Shown here piece by piece: positions 36,960 through 50,417 of a stretch of 64,000 bases of DNA. The position numbers were made by a program, and so were the translations under genes. The notes under the pieces were generated by a model. It was not told the origin of the DNA. It did not search any database and saw only the letters and a list, made by a program, of their open reading frames with translations. This DNA comes from Chiloscyllium plagiosum (taxonomy: Eukaryota), in assembly GCF_004010195.1 (NCBI RefSeq), contig NC_057718.1, positions 83,160,669-83,224,668 of the forward strand. The letters run 5' to 3'. How positions within the stretch are numbered: the stretch's first letter is position 1; each line of letters starts with the position of its first letter.

Positions 36960-38075
36960 CGCACTGTCTCAGCAATAACCTGCTTAATAATGTTCAGTCT
37001 GAGATCTGCTCAGCTTCTGACCTCATTGCAGTTTTGGTTCAAACATGGACAAAATAGCTGAATTCCAAAAGGGACATGACAGTGACTGCCTTACCATCAG
37101 GACTGCATTTGACTGAGCATGGATTCAAGGAGCCTGAGCAAAACTGGAGTCAATGGAAATCAGGAGGAAAATGATTCTCTGGTTGGAGTCATACCTGGCA
37201 CACGAGAAGTTGGTTGTGTTTGTTGGAAGTCGGTCATCTCAGCTCCAGAACACCTTAACAAGAGTTCCTCAGGCAACTGCTTCATCAATGACCTTTCCTC
37301 CATCATAAAGTCTGAGATGGGGATGCTTTCTGATGATTGCAAACTTTCAGTACCATTCGTGACTTCTCAGATACTGAAACAGTCCATGCACAAATGCAGC
37401 AAGACCTGGACAACATTCAAGTTTGGACTGACAAATGGAAAGTAAGATTGGTGCCTCACAACTGCCAGGCAATGGCCATCCCTAACAAGAGAGAATCTAA
37501 CCATCACCTCTTGACATTCAATGGCATTACCGTCACTGACTTCTCTATTAACAAAATCCTGAGGGTTACCAGAAATTGAAGTGGCACATAAATATTCAGG
37601 CTGCAAGAGGAAATCAGAGGCTAGGAATCCTTCAGCGAGTTACACACCTCCTAACTCCCCAAAGTCTACCCACATCTACAAGGCACAAGTCATGAATGTG
37701 ATGGAATACTCTCTACTTACCTGAATGAGTGCAACTTAACAACAGCCAAGAAGCTTGACACTATTAAGGAAAAATCAGCCCATTTATTTGGCATCATATA
37801 CAAAACATATTCACTCCCGCCCTCCACCAAAGCTCCACAATGTCCATCTGCAAGGACAAGGTCAGCAGACACATGGAGATACTACCATCTGTAAATTCAC
37901 CTCAAAGCCCCTCACCACCCTGACTTGGGAACATAGGAACATGAGGAGGTTATTCAGCACCTTGAACTTGTTCTGCCATTCAACTATATCATGATTGATC
38001 ACATCCATATACCTGCAAAGCAACTAGGGATGAGCAATACGTATTGGCCCAGTCAGCAATGCCTTGGTCCATGTG
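36960..38075 (+). mobile_element. CR1/L2-type LINE RT fragment with 3' tail
   Basis: CFINDLSS..MLSDDC and QQDLDNIQ.W.DKW remnants; tail GCAACTAGGGATGAGCAA. Confidence 0.75.
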
Positions 38076-38948
38076 TGACATCAATTCAACATGAAATCAG
38101 GTATACTGTGAGCATTCATCAAATGCTATCCTTTCTTTCTGAGAGCATTGGCCAATAAGGATGCTTATATTTTTTCCTATTTAAAATATTATTTCTGTAG
38201 GGCCATCACTGACTTTTGCATTTCTTGAGTGTGTCTGTGATGAAAAAGGGATATAGGCCTAAATCCATTTTATATCTTAGATGGTAACCAGTTTTGCCAG
38301 TTGTTTATAGGGATGAATTTTTTTTTCATAATAAGTGGATTACTCAAATTCATTGGAGAAGCTTGGTGAAAGTCTGTTTTATTCTTGTTGGCAGTATCAG
38401 ATGGAAACAATTGGCTTTTTGGGGACTTAAACAAAACAAGTAAGCTAATGTGATTTGTAAAGTAGTGGGGTTTCATTACTAATGCATTTTTTCTACCACT
38501 GTCACAACAATAATACGGGGCTGAATTTAATCAAAAAAACAGCTAATATCAATTATGGGAAGTTTCATGCAGAATATTTCTCCATGGGCTCGAGTGAGTT
38601 ATCTCACACAATTATCAGCTGCTCATCTCATGCCTGTATGGGACCCTGCTCATGCTGTTATGCTCTCAGCAATGGCGGAAGTAGTTACCACTGCTGGCAT
38701 CTCCCAGCAATCCCAATATCAGTGCCATATTTAAAACCAAGCCAGGTCAAGTGCTGCCAGCCAGGAACAGCCCTTCATACTGGGCATAGTGAGAAGAGAG
38801 AAAAAAAGAAAAGTTTCTAGATGCCACCCAAGTGGCATGAGTGGCATTTCATTGCAAATATAAACTCAGAATTGCAAAATGTATTGCTATTGTACATTAT
38901 CACCTGTAAGATTGACAGTCATTGTAACTGCAGCCACAAGAACCGTGT

Positions 38949-39267
38949 GGGCGGCACGGTGGCACAGTGGTTAGCACTGCTGCCTCACAGCGCCAGAGAC
39001 CCGGGTTCAATTCCCGCCTCAGGCGACTGACTGTGTGGAGTTTGCACGTTCTCCCCGTGTCTGCGTGGGTTTCCTCCGGGTGCTCCGGTTTCCTCCCACA
39101 GTCCAAAGATGTGCAGGGTCAGGTGAATTGGCCATACTAAATTGCCCGTAGTGTTAGGTAAGGGGTAAATGTAGGGGTATGGGTGGGTTTCGCTTCGGCG
39201 GGTCGGTGTGGACTTGTTGGGCCGAAGGGTCTGTTTCCACACTGTAATATAATCTAATCTAATCTAA
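38949..39267 (+). mobile_element. HE1-type V-SINE, full length
   Basis: GGGCGGCACGGTGGCACAGTGG..GGTTCAATTCC; (AATCT)n tail. Confidence 0.93.
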
Positions 39268-39525
39268 ACCAAGTTGCACAGACTATACATTCTCAGAGCC
39301 ATGCCATCTTAGAACCCTGTCTAAGTAAGTACTTCTCTTTCCCTAACACCCAAATTACCAGAACGTCTTCTCATTGTTCAATATGGGAACAACAAATGCT
39401 GGAAAGCCTTCAAATGGTTAAAAAATATGAACTTTCGTTGAACAACAGCAAAAGCAAACAAAAAAAACCTACAAAAAGGGGCATTTGCTTCTGGAACAAA
39501 TTTGCATTTTGAGCAGCAACAAACT

Positions 39526-41920
39526 TATAGAGTCATAGAGATGTACAGCATGGAAACAGACCCTTCAGTCCAACCCGTCCATACCGACCAGATATCCCAA
39601 CCCAATCTAGTCCCACCTGCCAGCATCCGGCCCATATCCCTCCAAACCTTTCCTATTCATATACCCATCCAGATGACTTTTAAATGTTGTTATTGTACCA
39701 GCCTCCACCACTTCCTCTGGTAGTCCATTCCATCAGCCTCTGCATGAAAACGTTACCCCTTAGGTCTCTTTTATATCTTCCCCCTCTCACCCTAAACCTA
39801 TGCCATCCAGTTCTGGATTCCCCCACCCCAGGAAAAAGACCTTGTCTATTTACCCTATCCATGCCCCTCATGATTTTATAAACCTTTATAAGGCCATTCC
39901 TCAGCCTCCGACACTCCAGGGAAAACAGCCCCAGCCTATCCAACCTCTCCCAATAGCTCAAATCCTCCAACCTTGGCAACATCCTTATAAATCTTTTCCA
40001 AACCCTTTCAAGTTTTACAACATTTTTCCAATAGGCAGGAGAACCAGGATTGCACACAATATTACAAAAGTGGCCTAACCAATGTCCTGTACAGCCGCAA
40101 TATGACCTCCCAACTCCTGTACTCAATAGTCTGACCAAAAAGAAAAGCACACCAAACGCCTTCTTCACTATCCTATCTACTTGCGACTCCACTTTCAAGG
40201 AGCTATGAACCTGTATTCCCAAGGTCTCTTTATCCCTGCACTCCCTAGGACCTTACCATTAAGTGTATACGTCCTGCTAAGATTTACTTTCCCAAAATGC
40301 AGCACCTCGCATTTATCTAAATTAAACTCCATCTGCCAGTCCTCAGCCCATCGGCCCATCTGGTCAAGATCCCATGGTAATCCGAGGTAACCCTCTTCGC
40401 TGTCCACTACACCTCCAATTTTGGTGTCATCTGCAAACTTACTAACTATACCTCTTAAGCTCACATCCAAATCATTTATATAAATGATGAAAAGTAGTGG
40501 ACCCAGCACTGATCCTTGTGGCACTCCACTAGTCACAGGCCTCCAGTGTGAAAAATAACCCTCCACCACCACCCTCTGTCTTCTACCTTTGAGTCAGTCT
40601 GTGTCCAAATGGTTAGTTCTCCCTGTATTCCATGAGATCTAACCTTGCTAACCAGTCTCCCATGGTGAACCTTGTTGAATGCCTTACTGAAGTCCATATA
40701 GATCACGTTCACTGCTCTGACCTCATCAATCCTCTTCGTTACTTCTTCAAAAAACTCAATCAAGTTTATGAGACATGATTTCCCATGCACAAAGCCATGT
40801 TGACTATCCCTAATCAGTCCTTGCCTTTCCAAATACATGTACATCCTGTCCCTCAGGATTCCCTCCAACAACTTGCCCACCACCAATGTCAGGCTCACTG
40901 TTCTATAATTCCCTGGCTTGTTCTTACCACCTTTCTTAAGTAGTGGCAACATGTTAGCCAACCTCCAGTCTTCCGGCACCTCCCCTGTGACTATCAATGA
41001 TACAAATATCACAGCAAGAGGCCCAGCAATCACTTCTCTAGCTTCCCACAGAGTTCTAGGGCACACCTGATCAGGTCCTGGGGATTTATCCACTTAAATG
41101 CATTTCAAGACATCCAGCACTTCATCCTCTGTAATATGGACATTTTTCAAGATGTCACCATCTATTTCCTTACATTCTATATCTTCCATGTCCTTTTCCA
41201 CAGTAAACACAGTCACACTCATTTAGTATCTCCCCCAGCTCCTGCGGCTCCACACAAAGGCCGCCTTGCTGATCTTTGAGGGGCCCTATATCTCCCTAGT
41301 TACCCTTTTTGTCCTTAATGTATTTTTAAAATCCGTTTGGATTCTCCTTAACTCTATTTGCCAAAGCTATCTCTTGTCCCCTTTTTTGCCCTCCTGATAT
41401 CCCTCTTAAGTGTACTTCTACTACCTTTATACTCTTCTATGGATTCACTCGATCTATCCTGTTTACATCTGTCTTCCTTCTTTTTCTTAACCAAGCCCTC
41501 AATTTCTTTAGTCATCCAGCATTCCCTATACCTACCAGCTCTTCCTTTCACCCTAATAGGAATATACTGTCTCTGCACTCTCATTATCTCATTTCTGAAG
41601 GCTTCCCATTTTCCAGCCTGCGAACATCTGCCCACAATCAGCTTTTGAAAGTTCTTACCTAATACTATCAAATTTGGCCTGTTTCCAATTTAGAACTTCA
41701 ACTTTTAGATCTGGTCTATCTTTTTCCATCACTATTTAAAAACTAATAGAATTATGATCGCTGGCCCCAAAGTGTTCCCCCAATGACACCTCAGTCACCT
41801 GCCCTGCCTTATTTCCCAAGAGTAGGTCAAGTTTGCACCTTCTCTAATAGGTACATCCACATACTGAATCAGAAAATTTTCTTGTACATGCTTAACAAAT
41901 TCCTCTGCATCTAAACCCTT
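39526..41920 (-). mobile_element. CR1/HER1-like LINE, 3' 2.4 kb
   Basis: KSPGPD, QHGFVHGKSCL, DFSKAF, GVPQGSVLGPLLF, FADDTK; (ACTCTATG) tail. Confidence 0.95.
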
Positions 41921-42518
41921 ATGGTCAATGAATGAATTCTTCACCCAACAAACTTCCATTGGAAACATGTCTCAGTTGAACCCTGACTAGCTTGTTCCAA
42001 CCAATGCTGCATCACTCTATCATGATGTTCCACCTACTTAGTGTCCTCTTCTTCCTTTACAAAAGACTGCTGCTGCTCTTTCAGCTTTTAAGCGTCCATT
42101 ACATCACATCTTTGTTAGTTCCAGCTGTGCAGAACAGAACATGCAAGAATTACGCAGCACACCCTGTCTGGACTCGATTGCAAAGCTTCTCCACACAGCC
42201 TGACCCCCTCACTATCCCTGACAATCAAACCAATCCAAATATCAGAATCTCATCTTCAGGAGGCCTGTCATGAGCTCCATTATAGCCCTGGTGAAAGAAT
42301 GGGCTGTATCGTACTCAGCCCTGGTTGCAAACAGTAGTTCTTGTCTCCCAGTGACTGTCCTGCTAAGGTAACCGGCCCTCAAAAGTTCTCAAGGATATAA
42401 GCATCAAGGCAGTTTCCAGGATACCTGGTGTAAAATTCTAAGATGTAGTACTGATGATCACAGATTACTTGCACATTGGGGGAATGAAGTCTTTACTGTT
42501 AATAGTTAAAATAAAACT

Positions 42519-43165
42519 TGACAAAACTCTGCAGGTCTGGCAGCATCTGTGGGAAGAAAACAGAGGTAATGTTTGGAGTCCAGTGACTCTTCGTCAGAAC
42601 TGAATAGCAGCTAGGAAAAACTTGTGTTTATGCTGATGTTGAGATGGGTGGGCTGATGCGGGCAGTGAGGTTAGGAAGGTGAGAGAATAGATGGAGATGG
42701 AGTCCAGAGACAGAGATATGAAAGGGGTAGGAAACAATGGAATTATGGATGGTAGGCCAGGACAGAAGAGAAGCTGAATAAGTGATAATGAGAGCTGAGA
42801 TTAACAGAGAATGGGTAGTCTATGTTAAAAGCAAACCACGTCATATGATCATACCCAAGTGACTGGTTTGCAGAACATTTAGGTTCTGTTCATAAAGATG
42901 ACCCAGATCTTCCAGTCACCTGCCAATTTAACATACCACTGTATTCCCACACCAACATTTCTGTCACAGGCCTGCTGCAGTGCACCAGTGAGCCTCAGCG
43001 CAAATTCAAAGAACAGTAGCTCATTTTCCCCTTGGGGACCCTGCAGCCTCTAGTACTGATCTCCCATGAGTTATATAACTTGATAGTCTGATTCCATTCT
43101 TCCATACACATCCCCACACCCAATTGCTTTTAGCACAGCCAACACATTTTCACCCACTCTCAGGC
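42519..43165. mobile_element. Decayed PLE with inverted halves (terminal repeat on minus, endonuclease C-terminus on plus)
   Basis: Minus CTGACGA-AGAGTC-ACTG-GACTC-CAAA near 42570-42598; plus GLLQC.SE.QRK..EQ.LIF.LGTLQP near 42970-43050. Confidence 0.65.
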
Positions 43166-43944
43166 CTATTATCAAGTTACATGGTTTGTTGGTATATAGT
43201 GATCTCAATGTAATATATGTATAATCTACTGCACTCTGCACCCGGGGAAGCTTGCTATATTGCCATAGCCTATTGGGTGGGCTGCAGTGTCAACATTGTC
43301 ACAGGAAAGTGACAAGAAGCATGTGATATGGCACAAATTGCATAAGAAACAGATTTGATACATTTTTGACTTAAGGATTGAGAGCTCCCACACAGATCCC
43401 CAATGGATCCTTTCAAGCAGCCAGCTGTATAAAAATTTAGCACAGCCACCAGAGTTCTGTGACCATGTCCTGGGACATCTGCAGATTGTGGCAGCAATGC
43501 ACCTCAGTAAATGGCATTGAACAAGATAGTTTCTCTCTCTTGCATGGAGAATAGGAAACTACATATAAATGAGCCAACATGAGTTACTAATGACATGTTA
43601 ATCGACCTTATAGGCCTCTTGCTGCTCACGAGTGAGATTCCCATTTTGCTGTTCAAAATTTGTTTGCAAAATTAGACTGGTTTCTTAAAGTTGAGAATCT
43701 CAGTTTTCCAATCTCACCATATTTTCCCAACTGACTTGCCATTGCCTATTTGTTTTTGGGACTGGGGAAATCTGGTATGGGTTTGCCAAACCAAATATTT
43801 TGGATAAATGGCAAATTTCCAGACTTTCCATAAATCCTAAGTCCAGATCATCAGTGTACATAACAAACTGTCAAACCCCACTTACCACATCTCCTCAGAA
43901 TGAACAATTTCTTTTTAACCCATGTCAGTGCTTTCTGTCTTCTA

Positions 43945-44665
43945 GTTACACAATTAATAGTAAAGTCCTGGGGGGGGGTGTGGCTGAGCAAAGAGACCCT
44001 GGAGTGCAGGTTCATAGTTCCTTGAAAGTGGAGTCACAGGTAGATAGGATAGTGAAGAAGGTGTTTGGTATGTTTGCCTTTATTGATCAGTATATTGGAT
44101 ATAGGAGTTGGGAGGCCATGTTGCAGCTGTACAGGACATTGGTTAGGTCACTTTCAGAATACTGCATTCAGTTCTGGTCCCCCTGCTATAGGAAGGATGT
44201 TGTGAAACCTGAAAGGATTTACAAGGATGTTTGAGGTATTGGGAGAGGCTGAATAGGCTGGGACTATTTACCCTGGAGCATCGAAAGCTGAGGAGTGACC
44301 TTATAAGAGGTTTATAAAATTATGAGGGGCTTGAATAGGGTAAATAGACAAGGTCTTTTCCAGGGGAAGCGGAGTCCAAAACTAGGGGGCATAGGTTGAA
44401 GGTGAGAGGGGAAAGATTTAAAAGGGATCTCAGGGGCAACTTAATCACGCAAAGGAGTGGTACGTGTATAGAATGAGCTGTCAGAGGAAGCGGTGGAGGC
44501 TGGTACAATTACAACATTTAAAAAACATCCGATTCGTATATGAATAGGAAGGGTTAGAGGAATATGGCCAAATGCTGGCTAATGGGACTTTAATTAGGAT
44601 ATCAGGTCAGCATGGACAAGTTGGACCAAAGGGTTTGTTTCCGTACTGTGCATCTGTATGACTCT
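43945..44665 (+). mobile_element. CR1/HER1-like LINE 3' fragment
   Basis: LYRTLVRSLSEYCIQFWSP; tail TATGACTCT. Confidence 0.92.
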
Positions 44666-44977
44666 AAGACCCTGTCATTTGAGGCTTAATTTGGACAGGT
44701 CAAAGGAAACAATCTATTTTCACTATAAATACAGCAAACACAGAAAATTAGCATTAACAGCAGAAAAATGGACTTTAATTTGTATTCTTGGCACTAGTGG
44801 AATTTTGCAACTAGACATTATATCAGAATGACAGCAGACATTAACAAACCTTTCAACTTTCTTTTAAAGTTGAATAAACGGAACAAATTTAAAATTCTTT
44901 CTTAATTAACAATTTTGCTCATTACTATATTTTCATTGTGTTTCCATTAAGCAGATATCTAAACTTAAGTACACTCA

Positions 44978-45136
<159 letters not shown>

Positions 45137-45391
45137 TTATGTTAAATATTCTCTTCCAGATTTTAAAACTTAGACAACATGGTGAGACTTTGCACTCATC
45201 TCAGCACTGAACCAATTTTCTTTCTAAAACAGACTATGAGGTCTGGAAGTATAAAGCTTTAAAATTTTGAATAACAATGAATGGGAAAATTTTGAACCAA
45301 TTAGTGTGATACCACTCTAAAAGAAATTCAACTACTTTGCATGAATGAACAAAATTCCATTCTCTCATTTAGACATATGAGAACAGTAAAA

Positions 45392-45783
45392 AGGCTGAAA
45401 GATGACCTTATAGAAGTTTATAAGATCATGAGGAGCATGGATAGAGTAAATAGACAAGGTATTTTCCTTTGGGTCAGGGAGTCCAGAACTAGAGAACATA
45501 GGTTTAGGGTGAGAGGGGAAAGATATAAAAGGGATCTAAGGGGCAACTTTTTCACATAGAGGGTGGTGTGAGTATGGAATAAGCTGCCAGAGGAGGTGGT
45601 GGAAGCTGGTACAATTACAGCATTGAAAAGGCATTTGGATGGATATATGAATAGAAAGGGTTTATAGGGATATGAGCCAAGCGTTAGCAAATGGGATTAG
45701 ATTAGGGTAGGTAATCTGGTCGTAATGGATGAGGTGGACCAAAGGGGCTGTTTCCGTGCTGTATACCTCTAAATCTCCATGAC
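45392..45783 (+). mobile_element. CR1/HER1-like LINE 3' fragment
   Basis: DLIEVYKIMR, RGNFFT and 3' UTR. Confidence 0.9.
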
Positions 45784-46573
45784 ATGTGCATTTATTGCAA
45801 GGGAATTAGAGTACAGAAGTAAAGTACATTTGCTGCCAGCATTCCCTTCAATGGTCTTGCTGGCTATGCAGACCTCTAAGGTCCTTATAGCCCTGTCGTC
45901 TGGAATTGGAAAGTTGATTGCTAGAATTGTCTTCTTATTAAGCTGTCCTCAAGACTTAGGATGACATTGTTCTGCGACAGAATAGTGGATCCTGAGGTGA
46001 CTAAACAGTCTGATGCTAATCTTCCCACACTGCCACAGGGGAAGCAGGAGGTGGTTTGAAAGATGGGTGGGTGAGATGGTTGGGTTTTCACACACCCATT
46101 CTACTTTTTACACTCAGCCTCCACCTGGGCCTGTTGGAAATGCACAAGATGGTTGGCACCTTTGCAGCCGTTTCTTCTCCGGTTTGGATGGTCTAGGATA
46201 AGAAATACCCACAGGTTGATGGGGATGCTAAATTTTTTTAATTGGAGGCTTTGTAGTTGCACTTGAAGCAATTCCTCGGAATTTGTGGTAACTGCTTGTT
46301 GTAACAAAGCTCAAAGCAGAAAGGCTGTTTCAAAACGTAGAGGGTGTTGTACAAAAGGTTCTTTTGCATAAAGGCACCTTTGACATGTCCTCATCAGACA
46401 ATAGAATCAAAGTGTGGCACTGGAAAACGCACCGTAGGTCAGGCAGCATTTAAGGAACAGGAGAGTCAGCAAGGATAGTATCACCACCACCAACACTGCC
46501 CCCACCACCACCAGTAGAGAGAAAATAGGGGCATGTTAATACCATTAGGGTGACAGTGAAAGGCAACATTAGA

Positions 46574-47225
46574 AGTACTGGAAAAGCACAATCGGCCACG
46601 CAGCATCCGAGGACCAGCAAAATAAATGTTTCAGGCATAAGCCTTTCATCAGGAATGAGGCTTGTGGGCCAAGGGAGCTGAGAGATAAATGGAAGTCGAG
46701 TGGCGCTAGGGGCAAGGTACCTGGGAAAGCGATAGGTAGATGAAGGTGGGGATGAAAGTGATAGGTCAGAGAGGAGGGTGGTGCAGATAGGTGGGAAGGA
46801 ATATGGACAGGTAGGACCGTTCAGGAGGGCTGTGCCGAGTTGGGACTGGGATAAGGTGGGGGCAGGGGAAATGGGGAAACTGCTGAAATACACTTTGAGC
46901 CCGTGGTTGAAGTGCCCCGAGATGGAAGATGAAGCATTCTTCCTCCGGGTGTCAAGTATTAGGGTTTTGGTGATGGAGGAGGCCCATGACCTGCATATCC
47001 GTGGCAGAGCAGGAGGAGGAGTTAAAGTGTTCAGCTGCAGTGCCGTGGAGTTGGTTGGTATAGGTGTCCAAGAGATTTCTCTGAAATGATCTGAAAGTTA
47101 GTGTCCTGTCTCCCCAATGTAGAGGAGACCACATCGGGTGCAAGGGATGCAGTAGATGATGTGTGTGGAAGTACAGGTAAATTTCTGTCAGATGTGGAAG
47201 GATCCTTTGGGGGATTGACGGTAAA
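46574..47225 (-). mobile_element. Penelope-like element 3' end: GIY-YIG endonuclease remnant plus hammerhead-bearing terminal repeat
   Basis: FTCTSTHIIYCIPCTRCGLLYIGETG (about 47105-47183); CTGATGA-AAGGC-TTAT-GCCT-GAAA-CATT at 46625-46652. Confidence 0.85.
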
Positions 47226-47339
47226 TTCTCCATTAAGACAAACCTTTTGGATCCCTGTGGATTTGAGTTGTGATAGATACTTTGGTATGACCTTAAAGAA
47301 TGCGTGCATGAAATTTCTGAAGGTGGTCTTGGAGAAGAC

Positions 47340-49435
47340 CTAAATTGGAAGAAGGCGAATTTTGACGGTATTAGGCAAGAACTTTCAAAAGCTGATTGGG
47401 GGCAGATGTTCACAGGTAAAGGGACAGCTGGAAAATGGGAAGCCTTCAGAAATCAGATAACGAGAGTCCAAAGATACTATATTCCTGTTAGGGTGAAAGG
47501 AAAGGCTGGTAGGTATAGGGAATGCTGGATGACTAAAGGAATTGAGGGTTTGGTTCAGAAAAATAAGGAAGCATATGTCAGATATAGACGAGATAAATTG
47601 AATGAATCCTTAGAAGAGTATAAAGGCAATAGGAGTGTACTTAAGAGGGAAATCAGGAGGGCAAAAAGGGGACATGAGATAGCTTTGGCAAATAGAGTTA
47701 AGGAGAATCCAAAAGGTTTTAACAAATACATTAAGGACAAAAGGGTAACTAGGGAGAGAATAGGCCCCCTCAAAGATCAGCAAGGTGGCCTTTGTGTGGA
47801 GCCGCAGGACATGGGTGAGATACTAAATGAACATTTTGCATCAGTGTTTACTGTGGAAAAGGACATGGAAGATATAAAATGTAAGGAAATAGATGGTGAC
47901 ATCTTGAAAAATGTCCATATTACAGAGGACGAAGTGCTGGATGTCTTGAAACACCTAAAAGTGGATACATCCCCAGGACCTGATCAGGTGTACCCTAGAA
48001 CTCTGTGGGAAGCTAGAGAAGTGATTGCTGGGCCTCTTGCTGAGATATTTGTATCATTGATAGTCACCGGTGAGGTGCCAAAAGACTGGCGGTTGGCTAA
48101 CGTGGTGCCACTGTTTATAGACCAGTGAGCCAAATGTCGGTGGTGGGCAAGTTGTTGAAAGGAATCCATAGGGACAGGATGCAAATGTATTTGGAAAGGA
48201 AAGGACTGATTAGGGATAGTCAACATGGCTTTATGCATGGGAAATCATGTCTCACAAACGGGATTGAGTTTCATGTCTCACAAACTTGATTGAGTTTTTT
48301 GAAGAAGTAACAAAGAGGTCAGAGCAGTGGACGCGATCTATATGGACTTCAGTAAGACGTCAGACAAGGTTCTCGATGGGACATTGGCTGAACGGTAGAA
48401 GACAGAGGGTGGTGGTGGAGGGTTGTTTTTCAGACTGGAGGCCTGTGACCAGTGGAGTGCCACAAGGATCGGTGCTGGGTCCACTAGTTTTCGTCATTTA
48501 TATAAATGATTTGGATGCAAGCATAAGAGGTATAGTTATTGAGTTTACAGATGACACCAAAATTGGAGGTGTAGTGGGCAGCAAAGAAGGTTGCTTCAGA
48601 TTACAACAGGATATTGATCAGATGGGCCAATGAGCCGAGAAGTGGCAGATGGAGTTTAATTTAGATGAATGTGAGGTGCTGCATTTTGGGAAAGCAAATC
48701 TTAGCAGGATTATACACTTAATGGCAAGGTCCTAAGAAGTGTTGCTGAACAAAGAGGCTTTGGAGTGCAGGTTCATAGCTCCTTGATAATGGAGTCGCAG
48801 ATAGATAGTAAAGCGAAGAAGGCATTTGGTATGCATTCCTTTATTGGTCAGAGTATTGAGTACAGGAGTTGGGAGGTCATGTTGTGTCTGTACAGGACAT
48901 TGGCTAGGCCACTTTTGAAATATGCATGCAATTCCGGTTCTCCATCCAACGGAAGGATGTTGTGAAACTTGAAAGAGTTCAAAAAAGATTTACAAGGATG
49001 TTGCCAGGGTTTGGAGGATTTGAGCTATAGGGAGAGGTTGATTAGCTGGGGCTGTTTTCCCTGGAGCATCAGAGGCTGAGGGGGTGAGTTTATAGAGGTT
49101 TATGAAATCATGAGAGGCATGGATAGGATAAATAGACAAAGTCTCTTCCTTGGGGTGGAGGAGTCCAGAACTCGAGGGCATAGGTTTAGGGTGAGAGGGG
49201 AAAGATATAAAAGAGACCTAAGGGACAACATTTTCACACAGAGGGTGGTACGTGTATGGAATGAGCTGTCAGAGGAAGTGGTGGAGGCTAGTACAATTGC
49301 AACATTTAAAAGGCATCTGGTTGAATATATGAATAGAAAGGGTTTAGAGGGATATGGGCCGGGTGCTGGCAGGTGGGACATCTGGTTAGCATGAATGAGT
49401 TGGTCTGTTTCCGTGCTATACATATCTATGACTCT
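47340..49435 (+). mobile_element. CR1/HER1-like LINE, 3' 2.1 kb
   Basis: Colinear with the reverse complement of 39526-41690; DTSPGPD, GVPQGSVLGP. Confidence 0.95.
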
Positions 49436-49847
49436 GAGAGAAACTTGCCACATACAATGAAGCTATTATTTTCTCTGCATCACAAAACTGGTGGCAACCT
49501 TGCATTTCTACAACCTCCAAGTTTGTATTGTTGCTGTGCTTACCTTCATCGCCAAGTATGTCAATAAGTTTTGGAAGTGCACTTAGATCAAGAACGCCTT
49601 CAAGATTTGGACCTGTAAACATGTCAAAGTAACTCTGAAGGTGGATGGTAAGAGACCAATCCTCCATCATTCCTTCAGCTGCACGATTGAGGCATTCTTG
49701 GGCTACCTACCCTACACAGAACAGCACAAAGATTTGTCACTCCCATGACCAAGCTGTGCAAATCACTGAACTGTTACAGCATAGAGGGCCATTCAGTATA
49801 TATTGTCTGCACCAGTAATCCACATAAGCAAGTCAATTAGAGACATT

Positions 49848-49989
49848 AGGAGAAAGTGAGGACTGCAGATGCTGGAGATCAGAGCTGAAAAATCAGGAAT
49901 GAAGAATGGCTTATGCCCGAAACGTCAATTCTCCTGCTCCTCGGATGCTGCCTGACCTGCTGCGCTTTTCCAGCAACACATTTTTCAGC
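49848..49989. mobile_element. Short PLE-derived insertion with inverted arms
   Basis: 15-bp TSD TCAATTAGAGACATT (49833-49847, 49990-50004); GAGCTGAAAAAT...ATTTTTCAGCTC arms; partial hammerhead GGC-TTAT-GCCC-GAAA-CGTC. Confidence 0.85.
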
Positions 49990-50151
49990 TCAATTAGAGA
50001 CATTTCCTGGTGTTCTCTTTGTAATCCTGCACATTATTACTATTCAGATAACAGTTTGATTCCCTTTTGAATGTTTTAATTTGAATGCTACACTTTCCAG
50101 CTGTGTAATTCACACCTTAATTGTTTGCTACATGAACAAGATTTTTTCTCA

Positions 50152-50405
50152 GGAGAAACTGAGGACTGCAGATACTGGAGATCAGAGTTGAGAAGTGTGG
50201 CACTGGAAATGCACAGCAGGTCAGGCAGCATCCAAGGTGTAGGAGAATTGACGTTTCAGGCTTAAGCCCTTCATCAGGAATGTGTGTGTATATTGGGGTG
50301 GAGTGTGGACAGGGCTGAGAGATAAATAGGAGATTGGGGATGAGGTAGCTGGGAAAGCGATAGATAGATGCAGGTGGGAGGTGATGGTGATAGTTCGGAG
50401 GGAAG
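50152..50405 (-). mobile_element. PLE terminal-repeat insertion with a complete hammerhead core
   Basis: 12-bp TSD GATTTTTTCTCA (50140-50151, 50406-50417); CTGATGA-AGGGC-TTAA-GCCT-GAAA-CGTC at 50250-50277. Confidence 0.85.
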
Positions 50406-50417
50406 GATTTTTTCTCA

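Noticed and set aside
38949..39020. tRNA gene suggested by A and B boxes
   Set aside because: It is the tRNA-derived head of a SINE and continues into the V core and LINE tail.
48245..48298. ~26-bp tandem duplication inside CR1
   Set aside because: Ordinary slippage within a dead repeat.
49416..49670. Minus-strand ORF with a strong GTAAGC donor at 49538-49543 as a possible first kinase exon
   Set aside because: No kinase similarity. The ORF frame gives phase 1 while the next exon needs phase 0, and the phase-0 frame has an upstream TAA.
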